Part shown: positions 11,261-24,200 of the stretch, piece after piece
Position numbering within the stretch: the stretch's first letter is position 1
How the letters are laid out: each line of letters starts with the position of its first letter
Assembly: GCA_013239625.1 (NCBI GenBank)
Contig: PNXV01003397.1
Location: 1 to 46,617 of the forward strand
Direction of reading: 5' to 3'
Source: Lama guanicoe
Lineage: Eukaryota
DNA: 46,617 bases
The notes under the pieces: generated by a model
What the model was told of the DNA's origin: nothing
Database searches by the model: none
The model's input: only the letters and a program-made list of their open reading frames with translations
Position numbers and translations under genes: made by a program

Positions 11261-11649
11261 TACACAAATTCATATCAAAATAAGGAACCATCTTCAAATT
11301 CCACCCACCACACTTGGGATCAATCATGCTTCTCTGTGGGGCGTGACTCCAAGACATTGGGCCAAGAAGAGTACTCAGGTTACGAAGATGGACATGGCTC
11401 CTGCCCCGAGACACACGAGGTCTTGGGACGCTGGTCCAGGCTGCGTTCTTCCTCTGAAACTACCTTGCGTTCCACAGGGCCCATTTGCTGTCCATGAGGC
11501 CTTTTCCACGTCAGGCAATGGCTGAGCCATGTGTGTACCCAAGGCCTTCCAGGCCGCTGTCCGTGGTCCTGACGCGGACTAGCAGGCTGTTTCAGCTACT
11601 GTCCATGGTCCTGCTTCTGCTGCTCTGCACGGAGTAATGATATTTTTAG

Positions 11650-12240
11650 ATTAAACAGACTTTGCCCTTTTAGGGTAGTTTCAGGCTAACAGAAAGTCCA
11701 CAGAGCTCCATAAATTCCAGTGCCCCACACATACACCCAGTTTCACCTGTTGTGAATATCTTGCTCCAGTGTGCTACATTTGTCAGAAGTGATGAACCAA
11801 GTTAATACATTATGATTAACTGAAGTCCATAGGCAACACCATGGCTCACTATTATCTGCACAATTCTATGAGTTTTGACAAATGCATGGTGTCATTTGCA
11901 TCCAGAGGCCCCGAGGCTGCTGTCCATGGAACTGCCTTGATCAGGTTCACTGTTCAGGCTGCTGCCCATCGGTCCACCATTTCAGCAACACACAGTACAA
12001 TTTCACTGCCTTGAAGACCCCCTGTACCTCACCGCCTCATTCCCCACCCCTCCCACACAAACTCCTGGCAGCCACTCGCCTTCTCATTGTCTCCATAGGT
12101 GAGCTCCTTCAAATACCGTGTAGTAGGAATCTCACAGCGAGCATAACCTTCTCCGGTTGGCCCCTTTCACTTAGCAATGCGCATTTTCATTTCCCCATGT
12201 CCTTTTGTGCCTCAATGGCTCATTTCTTCTTCGTTTTTAA
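11650..12240 (-). mobile_element. Antisense old LINE-1 3' fragment
   Basis: T-rich L1M-type 3'UTR motifs (gatgaaccaagttaatacattat, ctttcacttagcaatgcgcatt). Confidence 0.55.
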
Positions 12241-12254
12241 TGGTCGTTTCTTAC

Positions 12255-12368
12255 TTTGGGGGACTATGGGAGGGTAATTAGTTTTCCTTCATGGAGATAC
12301 TGGGGATTGAACCAAGGACCTCATGCATGCTAAGCACACGCTCTATCATTGATCAATACCCTCCCCCC
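12255..12368 (-). mobile_element. tRNA-derived SINE (camelid Vic-1-like)
   Basis: Reverse complement GGGGGAGGGTATTGATCAATGATAGAGCGTGTGCTTAGCATGCATGAGGTCCTTGGTTCAATCCCCAGTATCTCC: degenerate A box and GGTTCAATCCC B box. Confidence 0.75.
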
Positions 12369-12729
12369 ATTGCTTCTCCTACTAACTTCTTTTTTCAACA
12401 GCTTTGTTGAGATACAATTGATACACAAAATAAATGCATATATTCGAGGTACATCTGAGTTTGCACATATGCAGACACCTGTGAAACCATCGTCACTGTC
12501 AGGGTAGTCGATATATCCATTCCTCTAAAAGTTTCCTTGTGCTTTGGGTTTATTGGGATGGGGGAGCAGCACATGTATGTGAAGAGCCCTTATCACGAAA
12601 TCTACTCTCTTAACAAGTATCTGGGTGCACAATGCAGTGTTGTAAACCGTCAGCACAATGTTACACACGGAGCCTCGGAATAGATCTCATTCTGCATAAC
12701 TGAAAATTTATACCTATTGAATCACGGCA

Positions 12730-13135
12730 GAATCAAAGAGTATCACCACAAAAAATCAATGAAGCACAAAAGAAAGAAGCAAGAAGGAATAGAGGAACAA
12801 GTTCACTACAAGACAGGCAGAGAACTATTAAAAACAACAGTGATAATAGGCCTTTCCCTGCCACAATTACCTTAAATGTAAATGGATTACATTATCAGAG
12901 CAAAAGATATACAGTGGCTGAGTGGATAACAAGCAAGGCCCAGATCTGTGCCAACACAAGGCACTCACTTTAGGCTTAAGGACACATGTAGGCTGGTCAC
13001 GAAGGGATGGAAAAACGTACTCCATGGAAAAGGCAAACAAAAGGAAGCAAGGATGCGTACACTTGGACAAAATAGACTTGAAGGTAAAAACAGTCATAAG
13101 AGACCCAGAAGGATGCTATACAATGATGAAAAAAA
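12730..13135 (+). mobile_element. LINE-1 fragment covering the start of ORF2 (endonuclease)
   Basis: attaccttaaatgtaaatggatta...gtggctgagtggata = ITLNVNGL...VAEWI, the L1 EN N-terminus. Confidence 0.7.
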
Positions 13136-13139
13136 TCAG

Positions 13140-14100
13140 TTCTTCACAGACGGCTTCGTCCTTTTTATTCTGCAATCCTGTTCCTCTGCCTGGATGCATC
13201 CACTCACCTACTGAGGGACATCCTGTGCGCATCCAAGTTTGAATTAAGCTACGAATGAAGCATCTGTAGACATTTATAAACCATACACATCGCTGCACAG
13301 ATTTGGGGTGGACATGAGTTTTCAGCCCATTTGAACAGGTGAGTATCTAGGAATGCAGTTGCCGGGTTGTATGGCAAGATTAGGTTTAGATTCTGGAGAA
13401 ACTGCCGAGCTCTCCTGCAGACGGGCTCTTCCCGTTTGCACCCACCCGCAGCGGAGGAGGCCTCCTGCTGCCCCACACCCTCACCAGCGTCGGGAGGTGC
13501 CGGGTTTCGGTGTTGCTTCTGGACGTCCACCGTTCTAACAGCTGCGTGGTGGTCTTCCTTGTTTTCGCTTACAGCCTCCAACGACGTCGGATGTGGAGGA
13601 AACTTGTGCTTCCTTCTCTGCATCTGTGAGTCTTCTTAGGTGAGAGGTCTGTCCAGGGCTTTTAGTCACTTTTGACTGGGTCGTTTGTTTCCTTGTTGTG
13701 GACTTTTAACACTTCTCCGCATATTGCGGACACGAGTCCTTCATCAGATACGAGGTTTGCAAATGTGTGATTCTCCCAGTCCATGGCCTGCCTTTCATTC
13801 TCTCGACAGTGTCTTCCACAGGCAGGCATTTCCACTTCAGTTAAGTTCAGCTAGTGACTTCTTTTCCGTGGAATGCGCTTTTGGTGTTGTACCTACTGAC
13901 TCTTCGCCGAAGTCAAGGTCACCTAGATTCCCATAGTTCCCTTTTTTGCATTGAGGTCAATGACCCACTGTGAGTTAACTTCATGACCAGTGTGAGCATG
14001 CGCCTCAGCTCGTTTCCTGCTGGGATGCAGGTGCTCCACCACCACTTGGTGAAAAGAGCCCCTTCTCCATCAAGTTACCTTCACTCCAGTCGAGCCCTCA
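13140..14100 (-). mobile_element. Antisense LINE-1 ORF2 3' fragment
   Basis: L1 antisense motifs (catccactcacctactgagggacat, ccacaccctcaccagc, tcagatacgaggtttgcaaat). Confidence 0.65.
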
Positions 14101-14339
14101 GAGGTGGGCATGGGCAGGGAGAGGTCACTCCCTTGTCTGAGCTCCTTTGGTGCTTCTAGAATGTTCTGTCACTGAGGGGGACATGCAATCAAATGGCCTT
14201 AAACCATCTGCAGAAAAATTATTTCTAACAGAATTTACACCCAAACCAAGGATAAAGTGTAAAGGTAGGATAAAGGCATCCTCTGACATGCAAGATCTCA
14301 AACAACGTCCCTCCAGGCATCCTCTCTCAGGAAGACAGC

Positions 14340-14516
14340 AGACGGCCTTTGGACCTGAACTCTCCACGTCAGCGGCCTGGGCCCCGGCAGATCATGGACT
14401 CCAGCCACCATCATGGTGCCAGTCACTTCTTTACGACAAGTCTCTTTCTAGATACGGACCATATACACAGAGATAGGGGTACATCCTACGGATTCTGTTC
14501 CCCTGGAGACTAACAC
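14340..14516 (+). mobile_element. Possible MLT2-like LTR 3' remnant
   Basis: Ends in catcctacggattctgttcccctggagactaaca, similar to the MLT2 terminus. Confidence 0.4.
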
Positions 14517-15300
14517 ACCCTGGGGCACAACGCAGTCTTCTTCCAACCCACAGGAACCGACTGACTCCAGAGGGGATGGGGGGGCAGGTCCAAGGCACTC
14601 AGCAGCGTTCCTGAAGAGGGGGTCTAAACTGCACTGGAAAGCCAGCTCAAGAGCCCAGCATCGATGCTTAATTAAGTCTAAAGCACGTGCTTCCATACGT
14701 ACAAAGTGGGAATGTTCAGCTACACGCACTGGGTCTGTTCACAACACAGCGTGTTTCTTCCTAAACGGTACATCGAGCGATTGAGCCTCGTAGAGGGAAC
14801 AGCATCCTGGATTTGAACGGCAGCAAGTGTCACAAACCTGCTGGAAAGCAGAGTGGATCCCTCCCGCGGGCGGCCCCACTCGGCTTGCTCACTGGGTGCC
14901 CAGCACTCGAGCTGCTCAGGAAGGCACCTCCGTGTGGTCCTGCTGTGAGGAGCATGAGCCGTTCTCCACCTTGGGAGACAAAACGCTGGCTTCCTGTAAG
15001 AAAAAATACGGTGCTGCCCAGGGTCCTTGCGCTTCACCTGGCCGTGAAGGTGAGTTTCCCCCGTCAGGATCTGTGGCACCTAGTTCACCACACGCAGCAG
15101 AGGGAGGCGGCCCAGGCCAGCCAACGCGTTCCAGACCCACATCCCGGCCCTCTCCGACCCTCTCCACGCCCTCTTCTCTGGCTGCTGCACGTCTCAGTGA
15201 GGGGCTGGGGGAACGCACACCTGACTGCAGCTTGTCAGCTGAGCTGGAGCCTCAACCAAGTGACAGCCTTGGAGCAGGTGGGCCATGGAAGAAGCCCCCG

Positions 15301-15860
15301 TGATACAGGAAACTGGGGCTCAAGACGCTGGCGGTGTCCCAAGTCCCAGGTGAGTCCCCGGGATGCACCCCATCAAGGGAGGGTCCTTGGCTTCACACGG
15401 GGCAGAATTCAAGAGCAAGCCATAGGTGAGTAAAAGTAGGTTGTTTAGACAGATGCACACTCCGTAGACAGAGCACGGGCGTCCCGCTCAGCAGGGAGAG
15501 CGGCCACGCGGAGTGGGGGTGCTGGTTCCCATGGGCTCAGTAGCGTCACATGCTAACTAGTGGGAGGATCGTTCCAGCCACCTTGGGGAAGGGGCAGGGG
15601 TTCCCAGGTCTTGGGCCACCACCCACTTGTTAGCCTTATGGCCAGCCTCAGAACTGTCCTGGCCCCTGTGGGAACGCCATTTACCAGGCTAGTATATTAC
15701 AATGAGCCTATAGTGAAGCTCAAGGCCAACTGGAAGTCAACGCTTCCACCATCTTGGGCCTCAAGATCTACTGGGAGTTGAGTCTCCCACCGTCTTGGTG
15801 CTAATCGTCGTGTCATTCCTTCAATGGCGGTGCCCTGCCCCCTTCCCTCCTGTCCCACCC
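15301..15860 (-). mobile_element. Probable solo ERV LTR
   Basis: Starts TGATACAGGAAA; ccttggcttcacacggggcagaattcaagagcaagcca...gtaaaagtaggttgttt resembles antisense ERV1-class LTR sequence; boundaries approximate. Confidence 0.45.
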
Positions 15861-17370
15861 GGACAGCAGACCTCAGCGGCAGGCAAATCTGTGAGCCCCC
15901 GGGAGTGGTTTAACACAAATTCTCTCCCGGGGCCGCAGCCTTCCATTGCTCCCTCACTCCTCTGGACCCCTCTCGCTCCCCACACCTTCCTCCAAGGGGA
16001 GCTGCGGGCTCCCGTGCCCATCAGCCGCCAACCACTGTGATAACAGCGTCAGCACCCAGGGAACGGAGGGAGCAAGGCCCAGCCAGCGCCCTGGCCCGTC
16101 GTTGGCTAACTCCGTCTGTGGCTCTTGCCCAGGGGCCGTCCTGCGTTTCCTCCTTCTGTAAACGCACAGCCTCCCCACACTGCTCAACAGCTCCATCCTC
16201 CAACCATAGACTCAGCTCCTCTCCCTGCTCCACTCCAGCACAGGGCGCACCCACCATGCTGCCATCACCACCCACCGAGCAGCCTGCCTGCCGTCCTGGT
16301 GGGTCTCAGCCCAGGGTGGTCTCTGCCGTGGGAGGTAGGGTGCAGCAGGAGTCAAGAAACCAGTCCCTACTCTGCCTCCGTCACACTCAGTGTGATGGGC
16401 CTGGGGGGCAGGCTTGGGTGTCACTGATGGCGCCCCAGTCATAAAACTCTGCTTGGACGGGGCACGGGGAGGGGCTTTGTGGTTAAAAGCTGCAGGCTCG
16501 GGGAGCTGAGAGGTCAGGGGTGTGGCCCAGCAGGAGCCCCAGGAGCTGCCCTCCCACCTGCACGGTTCAGACGGATGCCTCCAAGGAGACCGCTGGAGAA
16601 GGCAGTGATGGGGGAGCCGCTTGCGGACCCAGGTATGAGCTGAGCGTGGGGCCCCGAGCCCTGCACACCTCCCCGTGGTCCGTCTAAGCCACACAGCATG
16701 GACGCAAGGATTGTTTCGAGCCGCAGGCAATCAGAAAAGCAGGCACAAGGCAAACTCTCCGCCTCCTGCCTCCTACGAGGCAAAGCAGGGCGACACCTGG
16801 GGACACAGCAGACCCTTATCAGCACCTGCCAGGGCCTGCCCTGCAAGCCGGCCTCACTGCCTCTCCCGTCAGCCCGTGTACCCACCTTCCCCGCTACGCT
16901 GGCCAGAGACACAGAGTCCCTCTCCTTCGTCTTCACCCTTGGCTACGACTCAAGTCCTTTTGTCCGGGTCTGTCCACCCCGTGTCGACCCCCTGCCCCGT
17001 GCTCATCCGGGGCACCCTCTGTTCCTATATTCCAATCCCCCCGGGAGACGCTTGTTTCAGAAACCTGAGGTGGAAGGGGGAACTGGCCCCCTCTCCTACA
17101 AGAGCAAGCCTCTCCCGGACCTGGCAAGGGGCAAGCAAAGTCTGAGAGCCCTGGCAAAGAGGAGGGAGCGTGCACAGGGAGGTGTCCATCAGCCCTGCAG
17201 GAAGACAGCCAGGCAGCTTCCACCTCTAGCTACCTCCATCTGATCCCTGTCCAGCCAGTACTGGGAGTGCCAGGAGGCACTAGAGATCTGAGTTGAGGCA
17301 GGAGAGCAGAGTGAAATGTGGATCTGAGCTGGGAGGACCTGGGTGCACTGCAGATCTGTGCTGGAGGACC

Positions 17371-18699
17371 AGGGTGCACAGAAGATCTGAGCTGGCAGGA
17401 CCAGGATGCACGGGAGACCTGGGCTGGGAGGATGAGGGTGCACAGAAGATCTGAGCTGGCAGGACCAGGATGCACGGGAGACCTGGGCTGGGAGGATGAG
17501 GGTGCACAGAAGATCTGAGCTGGCAGGACCAGGATGCACGGGAGACCTGGGCTGGGAGGATGAGGGTGCACAGAAGATCTGAGCTGGCAGGACCAGGATG
17601 CACGGGAGACCTGGGCTGGGAGGATGAGGGTGCACAGAAGATCTGAGCTGGCAGGACCAGGATGCACGGGAGACCTGGGCTGGGAGGATGAGGGTGCACA
17701 GAAGATCTGAGCTGGCAGGACCAGGATGCACGGGAGACCTGGGCTGGGAGGATGAGGGTGCACAGAAGATCTGAGCTGGCAGGACCAGGATGCACGGGAG
17801 ACCTGGGCTGGGAGGATGAGGGTGCACAGAAGATCTGAGCTGGCAGGACCAGGATGCACGGGAGACCTGGGCTGGGAGGATGAGGGTGCACAGAAGATCT
17901 GAGCTGGCAGGACCAGGATGCACGGGAGACCTGGGCTGGGAGGATGAGGGTGCACAGAAGATCTGAGCTGGCAGGACCAGGATGCACGGGAGACCTGGGC
18001 TGGGAGGATGAGGGTGCACAGAAGATCTGAGCTGGCAGGACCAGGATGCACGGGAGACCTGGGCTGGGAGGATGAGGGTGCACAGAAGATCTGAGCTGGC
18101 AGGACCAGGATGCACGGGAGACCTGGGCTGGGAGGATGAGGGTGCACAGAAGATCTGAGCTGGCAGGACCAGGATGCACGGGAGACCTGGGCTGGGAGGA
18201 TGAGGGTGCACAGAAGATCTGAGCTGGCAGGACCAGGATGCACGGGAGACCTGGGCTGGGAGGATGAGGGTGCACAGAAGATCTGAGCTGGCAGGACCAG
18301 GATGCACGGGAGACCTGGGCTGGGAGGATGAGGGTGCACAGAAGATCTGAGCTGGCAGGACCAGGATGCACGGGAGACCTGGGCTGGGAGGATGAGGGTG
18401 CACAGAAGATCTGAGCTGGCAGGACCAGGATGCACGGGAGACCTGGGCTGGGAGGATGAGGGTGCACAGAAGATCTGAGCTGGCAGGACCAGGATGCACG
18501 GGAGACCTGGGCTGGGAGGATGAGGGTGCACAGAAGATCTGAGCTGGCAGGACCAGGATGCACGGGAGACCTGGGCTGGGAGGATGAGGGTGCACAGAAG
18601 ATCTGAGCTGGCAGGACCAGGATGCACGGGAGACCTGGGCTGGGAGGATGAGGGTGCACAGAAGATCTGAGCTGGCAGGACCGAGATGCACGGGAGACC
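17371..18699. repeat. 64-bp minisatellite, ~20-21 perfect copies
   Basis: Unit gggtgcacagaagatctgagctggcaggaccaggatgcacgggagacctgggctgggaggatga; lines 17401 and 18361 (960 bp = 15 x 64) identical. Confidence 0.97.
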
Positions 18700-20189
18700 A
18701 TCTACAGCAACCAGCCCAGGAAGCCGCCTGCTCCCCACACGGCAGACCTGCAGGAAGTGAGACCTCTACCTCCAGTGAAAGTCCAAGAAGCCGAGCAACC
18801 TGTAACAGCACCCCCATGCCCGGCAGGGGTGCGACCAGTAACCGACAGCGTCCATCATTTTGTCCCTGCGTCCACCTTAGGACCCACGGGAGAAAGCCGG
18901 ACGTGCCCCCAGCCATCACAGGGGCGCCTGCGTCCAGCCTCCCCAGGGGCGTCCAGCTTCCCCAGCCCACCGCCCCATCATGCACCCCAGAGCTCGCCCT
19001 TTTTCTATAAAGAACCTCCCTATACACAGAGACTATTTTAATCGATTAACAGAGTATTTATTATACACTATGCATGCATGTGTTAGAAACATATGTCACA
19101 GACGTGTGTATGTGTACAGTAACACTGAACAGTACATACACATAATAAAACCGCAAAGCTCTCCCGCGTCCCTGCCTGCCTGGAGGCTCTGCCAAGCCCG
19201 GTGGTGGGTGTGGACTCCCTGGCTGCACCAGCTCGGAATAATCAGGCTCTCCTTATCCTGTTAAAGCATTTTCAGCAACTTAGGAGACACCAGGTCTCGT
19301 GACAGTAGCTCACAGTCGCTGTTAAAAAACAGCCCCAAGTGCATCTTGGGACCTGGACACAAGCGGAGACGAAGGTGAAGGTGGCGGAGCGGGTCTGAGC
19401 AGGGGCGGTGATCCCCGGAGGAAGCGAGCAGAGCAGGGGTGGCGGGCGGTCCTGTGGGGCCCAGCAGAGCACCTGGGCTGGACTCCGCTCTGGGCAGGCC
19501 GGAAGGGGCACAGCACGCATGTCGCCCACCCAGCCCTTGTAGGACACGTGCCCGGGAAGCCCCTTCCCCACCCGCGGCACTTCTGAAGTGGGCACTACGT
19601 TATCTCCCAGGGACCCTGATGCTGCAGGCACAGAACCGCCCAGGGTGCTCACGGGGCTCGGAGTGAGCTGCGGCACTCCAAGACAGGAGAAGCCGAGGGT
19701 CCCCGTCCCCACTCTTGGGACACACACAGCGGTGGAGGGCCTGCATGCTCTTTCTCAGCCAGAGAGCCATCTTCCAGCCCCAGAGACCACCGTGAACTCT
19801 GCAGCACAGAAGACAGCTGCTGCTGGGGAAACAGCTTCCCTCTGACCTTGCGTGTCACACCGCCCTTCGGTCAGAGATGGGGGACAGGGATGGGGCCACG
19901 GATGGAGGGAGAGAAGAGGCTTGGACCCAGAGGAAGACAGCCGCCCACCCAAGAGGCCGTGCTGGCAGGCGGACAGGACAAAGCTGGGTTAGGTTGCAGC
20001 CTGTGCCCACCGCACTCACCAGAGGGGAGAGAGGTGACCACTGGCCCTGGGAGGACCGAGGGCTCGGGGGGAGGCCGGGTGCCCCAGGCAACAGCCAGCC
20101 AAGCGGGCAGCATCCCTGTGGGAGGTACGGAACAAGTGACCGCAGAGACTCCCACTCTGAGCCCGAGGTCCCAGGACACCACTCGCCCC

Positions 20190-20330
20190 ACCCCCAGGCA
20201 CCCACGTGAGGCGCCTCTGCTGCGTCTGGACTCCCCCCAGGCCATCTGAGACAGAAACCACCCAGAGAAAAGGGAACTTCAGGAAGCAGGCGGTGCCACC
20301 GGTTTCAGTCCCGCTCTTAGTGTTCGCAGG
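20190..20330 (+). promoter_or_regulatory. I-gamma germline-transcript promoter of IgG1a
   Basis: ctggactcccc...acagaaaccacccagagaaaagggaacttcaggaag...ggtgccaccggtttcagtcc resembles the conserved mammalian I-gamma element with kB-like sites (20227-20236, 20272-20281); paralogue at ~41950-42070; sits upstream of the switch region. Confidence 0.75.
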
Positions 20331-20508
20331 GTTGCGGGCAGTCAGCTCACATCTCCGGGAATCCAGCTACGAAATCCTAGGGGCTGGGGCTGCGGGCACA
20401 GAGGTCGGCCTGGAGGAGCGCAGGTGCCTGGGGCCAGAGTAGGGAAGGGGTGGGGGCAGCACGGAGACCCAGGCTGCAGGGGAGCCACCTCCATGGCCTC
20501 CGCCTTCG
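20330..20508 (+). ncRNA. Putative I-gamma non-coding exon of IgG1a (5' end unknown)
   Basis: Conserved donor ccttcg|GTGAGT at 20509, also present in the paralogue at 42272. Confidence 0.45.
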
Positions 20509-20734
20509 GTGAGTGCAGCCCAAGAGGAGCAGGGACAGAGGGAGCGCAGGGGGGCACTGGAGGGGAGGCCCCACCTCAGGGACCCCACAAGGGTCCAGGA
20601 GCAGCTGAGTAGAAGGCTGGGAGCTGGTGGGCACAGGCAGCCGACCCACCACCTGGAAGGTCCAGGGGCCAGGGGAGACCTCTGGGGACACTGGGGACAC
20701 AAAAGAGGGTGACGGTACCCAGGGACGAGGAGCT

Positions 20735-20965
20735 CTGCTGGGAGGGGGCCAGCGTGGGACTCCAAGGAGAAAGCCATCCCTGCTGGGAGGGGGCCAGCGT
20801 GGGGTTCCAGGGAGAAAAGACATCCCTGCTGGGGTGGGGGGGGCCAGGGTGGGACTCCAGGGAGAAAGCCATCCCTGCTGGGAGGGGGCCAGGGTGGGGT
20901 TCCAGGGAGAAAAGGCATCCCTGCTGGGGAGGGGGGGGGCCAGGGTGGGATTCCAGGGAGGAAAC
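20735..20965. repeat. ~5 degenerate ~45-50-bp G-rich repeats
   Basis: ctgctgggagggggccagcgtgggactccaaggagaaagccatcc-like units. Confidence 0.8.
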
Positions 20966-21299
20966 CAGCCCTGGGGTTAACACAGGAGTCAGGGAGTGGA
21001 GCGGAACTAGGCTGAGGGCTCTGCGTTGACCCAGAGGGTCAGAGGCTGCCATGGGCCAGCACCAGGGACAAAGGTCAGGGAGGCTGAATGTAAGAGGTGG
21101 CAGAACACCTGGAGGTCAAGGAGGGCAGCCCCAGGCGCTCTAAAAACACATGGAGCTTGTGCACATGAGCAGAAGCCTGGGAGTGGACGGGGGCAAGAAG
21201 CTAACTTGGAGTTCAAGAGAAGTTGGAGCTTGTGTAAGTCAGAGGCCACTGAAGGGCAGGAGGGCAGTGGGACATTCCTTGAATTTCCAAGGATGCAAG

Positions 21300-24200
21300 T
21301 AGAGCTTTTGCAGGTGAGCAGAGGGCTGGGAGGGCAGGGGGCAGCCCCAGGGGCTCCAGGGCGCAGGCTGAGCTTTGCAGGAGAGCAGAGGGCAGGGAGG
21401 GCAGGGAGCAGCCCCAGGGGCTCCAGGGCGCAGGCTGAGCTTTGCAGGAGAGCAGAGGGCAGGGAGGGCAGGGAGCAGCCCCAGGGGCTCCAGGGCGCAG
21501 GCTGAGCTTTGCAGGAGAGCAGAGGGCAGGGAGGGCAGGGAGCAGCCCCAGGGGCTCCAGGGCGCAGGCTGAGCTTTGCAGGAGAGCAGAGGGCAGGGAG
21601 GGCAGGGAGCAGCCCCAGGGGCTCCAGGGCGCAGGCTGAGCTTTGCAGGAGAGCAGAGGGCAGGGAGGGCAGGGAGCAGCCCCAGGGGCTCCAGGGCGCA
21701 GGCTGAGCTTTGCAGGAGAGCAGAGGGCAGGGAGGGCAGGGAGCAGCCCCAGGGGCTCCAGGGCGCAGGCTGAGCTTTGCAGGAGAGCAGAGGGCAGGGA
21801 GGGCAGGGAGCAGCCCCAGGGGCTCCAGGGCGCAGGCTGAGCTTTGCAGGAGAGCAGAGGGCAGGGAGGGCAGGGAGCAGCCCCAGGGGCTCCAGGGCGC
21901 AGGCTGAGCTTTGCAGGAGAGCAGAGGGCAGGGAGGGCAGGGAGCAGCCCCAGGGGCTCCAGGGCGCAGGCTGAGCTTTGCAGGAGAGCAGAGGGCAGGG
22001 AGGGCAGGGAGCAGCCCCAGGGGCTCCAGGGCGCAGGCTGAGCTTTGCAGGAGAGCAGAGGGCAGGGAGGGCAGGGAGCAGCCCCAGGGGCTCCAGGGCG
22101 CAGGCTGAGCTTTGCAGGAGAGCAGAGGGCAGGGAGGGCAGGGAGCAGCCCCAGGGGCTCCAGGGCGCAGGCTGAGCTTTGCAGGAGAGCAGAGGGCAGG
22201 GAGGGCAGGGAGCAGCCCCAGGGGCTCCAGGGCGCAGGCTGAGCTTTGCAGGAGAGCAGAGGGCAGGGAGGGCAGGGAGCAGCCCCAGGGGCTCCAGGGC
22301 GCAGGCTGAGCTTTGCAGGAGAGCAGAGGGCAGGGAGGGCAGGGAGCAGCCCCAGGGGCTCCAGGGCGCAGGCTGAGCTTTGCAGGAGAGCAGAGGGCAG
22401 GGAGGGCAGGGGGCAGCCCCAGGGGCTCCAAGGAGCAGGTTCACCTTCTCCATGGGAGCAGAGGGTTGCAAGATCAGGGGGCAGCCCAGGGGGCTCCAGG
22501 GAGCAGGTGGAGCTCTTGCGGGTCAGCAGATGGCTGGGAGGGCAGGGGGCAGCCCCAGGGGCTCCAAGGCACAGGTTGAGCTTGTGCATGGGAGCATAGG
22601 CCTGGGAGGTCAGGGAGCAGCCCCAGGGGTTCCACGGAGCAGGATGAGCTTATGCAAGTGAGCAGAGGCCTGCGAGGGCAGGGGGCAGCCCCAAGGGGCT
22701 CCAGGGCACAGGTTGAGCTTCTGCATAGGAGCAGAGGGCTGGGAGGGCAGGGTGATACCCCAGGGGCACCAGGGCACAGGTTGAACTTCTGCAGGGGAGC
22801 AGAGGGCTGGGAAGTCAGGGGGCAGCCCCAGGGACTCCAGGGAGCAGGTTGAGCTTCTGCAGGGGAGCAGAGGGCTGGGAAGGCAGGGGGCAGCCCCAGG
22901 AGCTCCAGGGAGCAGGTTGAGCTTCTGCAGGGGAGCAGAGGGCTGGGAAGGCAGGGGGCAGCCCCAGGAGCTCCAGGGAGCAGGTTGAGCTTCTGCAGGG
23001 GAGCAGAGGGCTGGGAAGGCAGGGGGCAGCCCCAGGAGCTCCAGGGAGCAGGTTGAGCTTCTGCAGGGGAGCAGAGGGCTGGGAAGGCAGGGGGCAGCCC
23101 CAGGAGCTCCAGGGAGCAGGTTGAGCTTCTGCAGGGGAGCAGAGGGCTGGGAAGGCAGGGGGCAGCCCCAGGAGCTCCAGGGAGCAGGTTGAGCTTCTGC
23201 AGGGGAGCAGAGGGCTGGGAAGGCAGGGGGCAGCCCCAGGAGCTCCAGGGAGCAGGTTGAGCTTCTGCAGGGGAGCAGAGGGCTGGGAAGGCAGGGGGCA
23301 GCCCCAGGAGCTCCAGGGAGCAGGTTGAGCTTCTGCAGGGGAGCAGAGGGCTGGGAAGGCAGGGGGCAGCCCCAGGAGCTCCAGGGAGCAGGTTGAGCTT
23401 CTGCAGGGGAGCAGAGGGCTGGGAAGGCAGGGGGCAGCCCCAGGAGCTCCAGGGAGCAGGTTGAGCTTCTGCAGGGGAGCAGAGGGCTGGGAAGGCAGGG
23501 GGCAGCCCCAGGAGCTCCAGGGAGCAGGTTGAGCTTCTGCAGGGGAGCAGAGGGCTGGGAAGGCAGGGGGCAGCCCCAGGAGCTCCAGGGAGCAGGTTGA
23601 GCTTCTGCAGGGGAGCAGAGGGCTGGGAAGGCAGGGGGCAGCCCCAGGAGCTCCAGGGAGCAGGTTGAGCTTCTGCAGGGGAGCAGAGGGCTGGGAAGGC
23701 AGGGGGCAGCCCCAGGAGCTCCAGGGAGCAGGTTGAGCTTCTGCAGGGGAGCAGAGGGCTGGGAAGGCAGGGGGCAGCCCCAGGAGCTCCAGGGAGCAGG
23801 TTGAGCTTCTGCAGGGGAGCAGAGGGCTGGGAAGGCAGGGGGCAGCCCCAGGAGCTCCAGGGAGCAGGTTGAGCTTCTGCAGGGGAGCAGAGGGCTGGGA
23901 AGGCAGGGGGCAGCCCCAGGAGCTCCAGGGAGCAGGTTGAGCTTCTGCAGGGGAGCAGAGGGCTGGGAAGGCAGGGGGCAGCCCCAGGAGCTCCAGGGAG
24001 CAGGTTGAGCTTCTGCAGGGGAGCAGAGGGCTGGGAAGGCAGGGGGCAGCCCCAGGAGCTCCAGGGAGCAGGTTGAGCTTCTGCAGGGGAGCAGAGGGCT
24101 GGGAAGGCAGGGGGCAGCCCCAGGAGCTCCAGGGAGCAGGTTGAGCTTCTGCAGGGGAGCAGAGGGCTGGGAAGGCAGGGGGCAGCCCCAGGAGCTCCAG

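Larger units (their letters stand above)
3620..13831 (+). repeat. Segmental duplicate, copy 1 (apparently identical to 28295-38506)
   Basis: ORF track identical at constant offset 24,675; same (CA)n and poly-G lengths. Confidence 0.93.

Noticed and set aside
12290..12368. tRNA gene on the minus strand
   Set aside because: Degenerate A box and D arm with a SINE-type tail; better explained as a tRNA-derived SINE
9430..14100. Active LINE-1
   Set aside because: Fragmented, mixed orientation, many stops and frameshifts
17189..19027. 473-612-aa minus-strand ORFs
   Set aside because: Translations of the stop-free strand of the 64-bp minisatellite; all three frames are open and periodic
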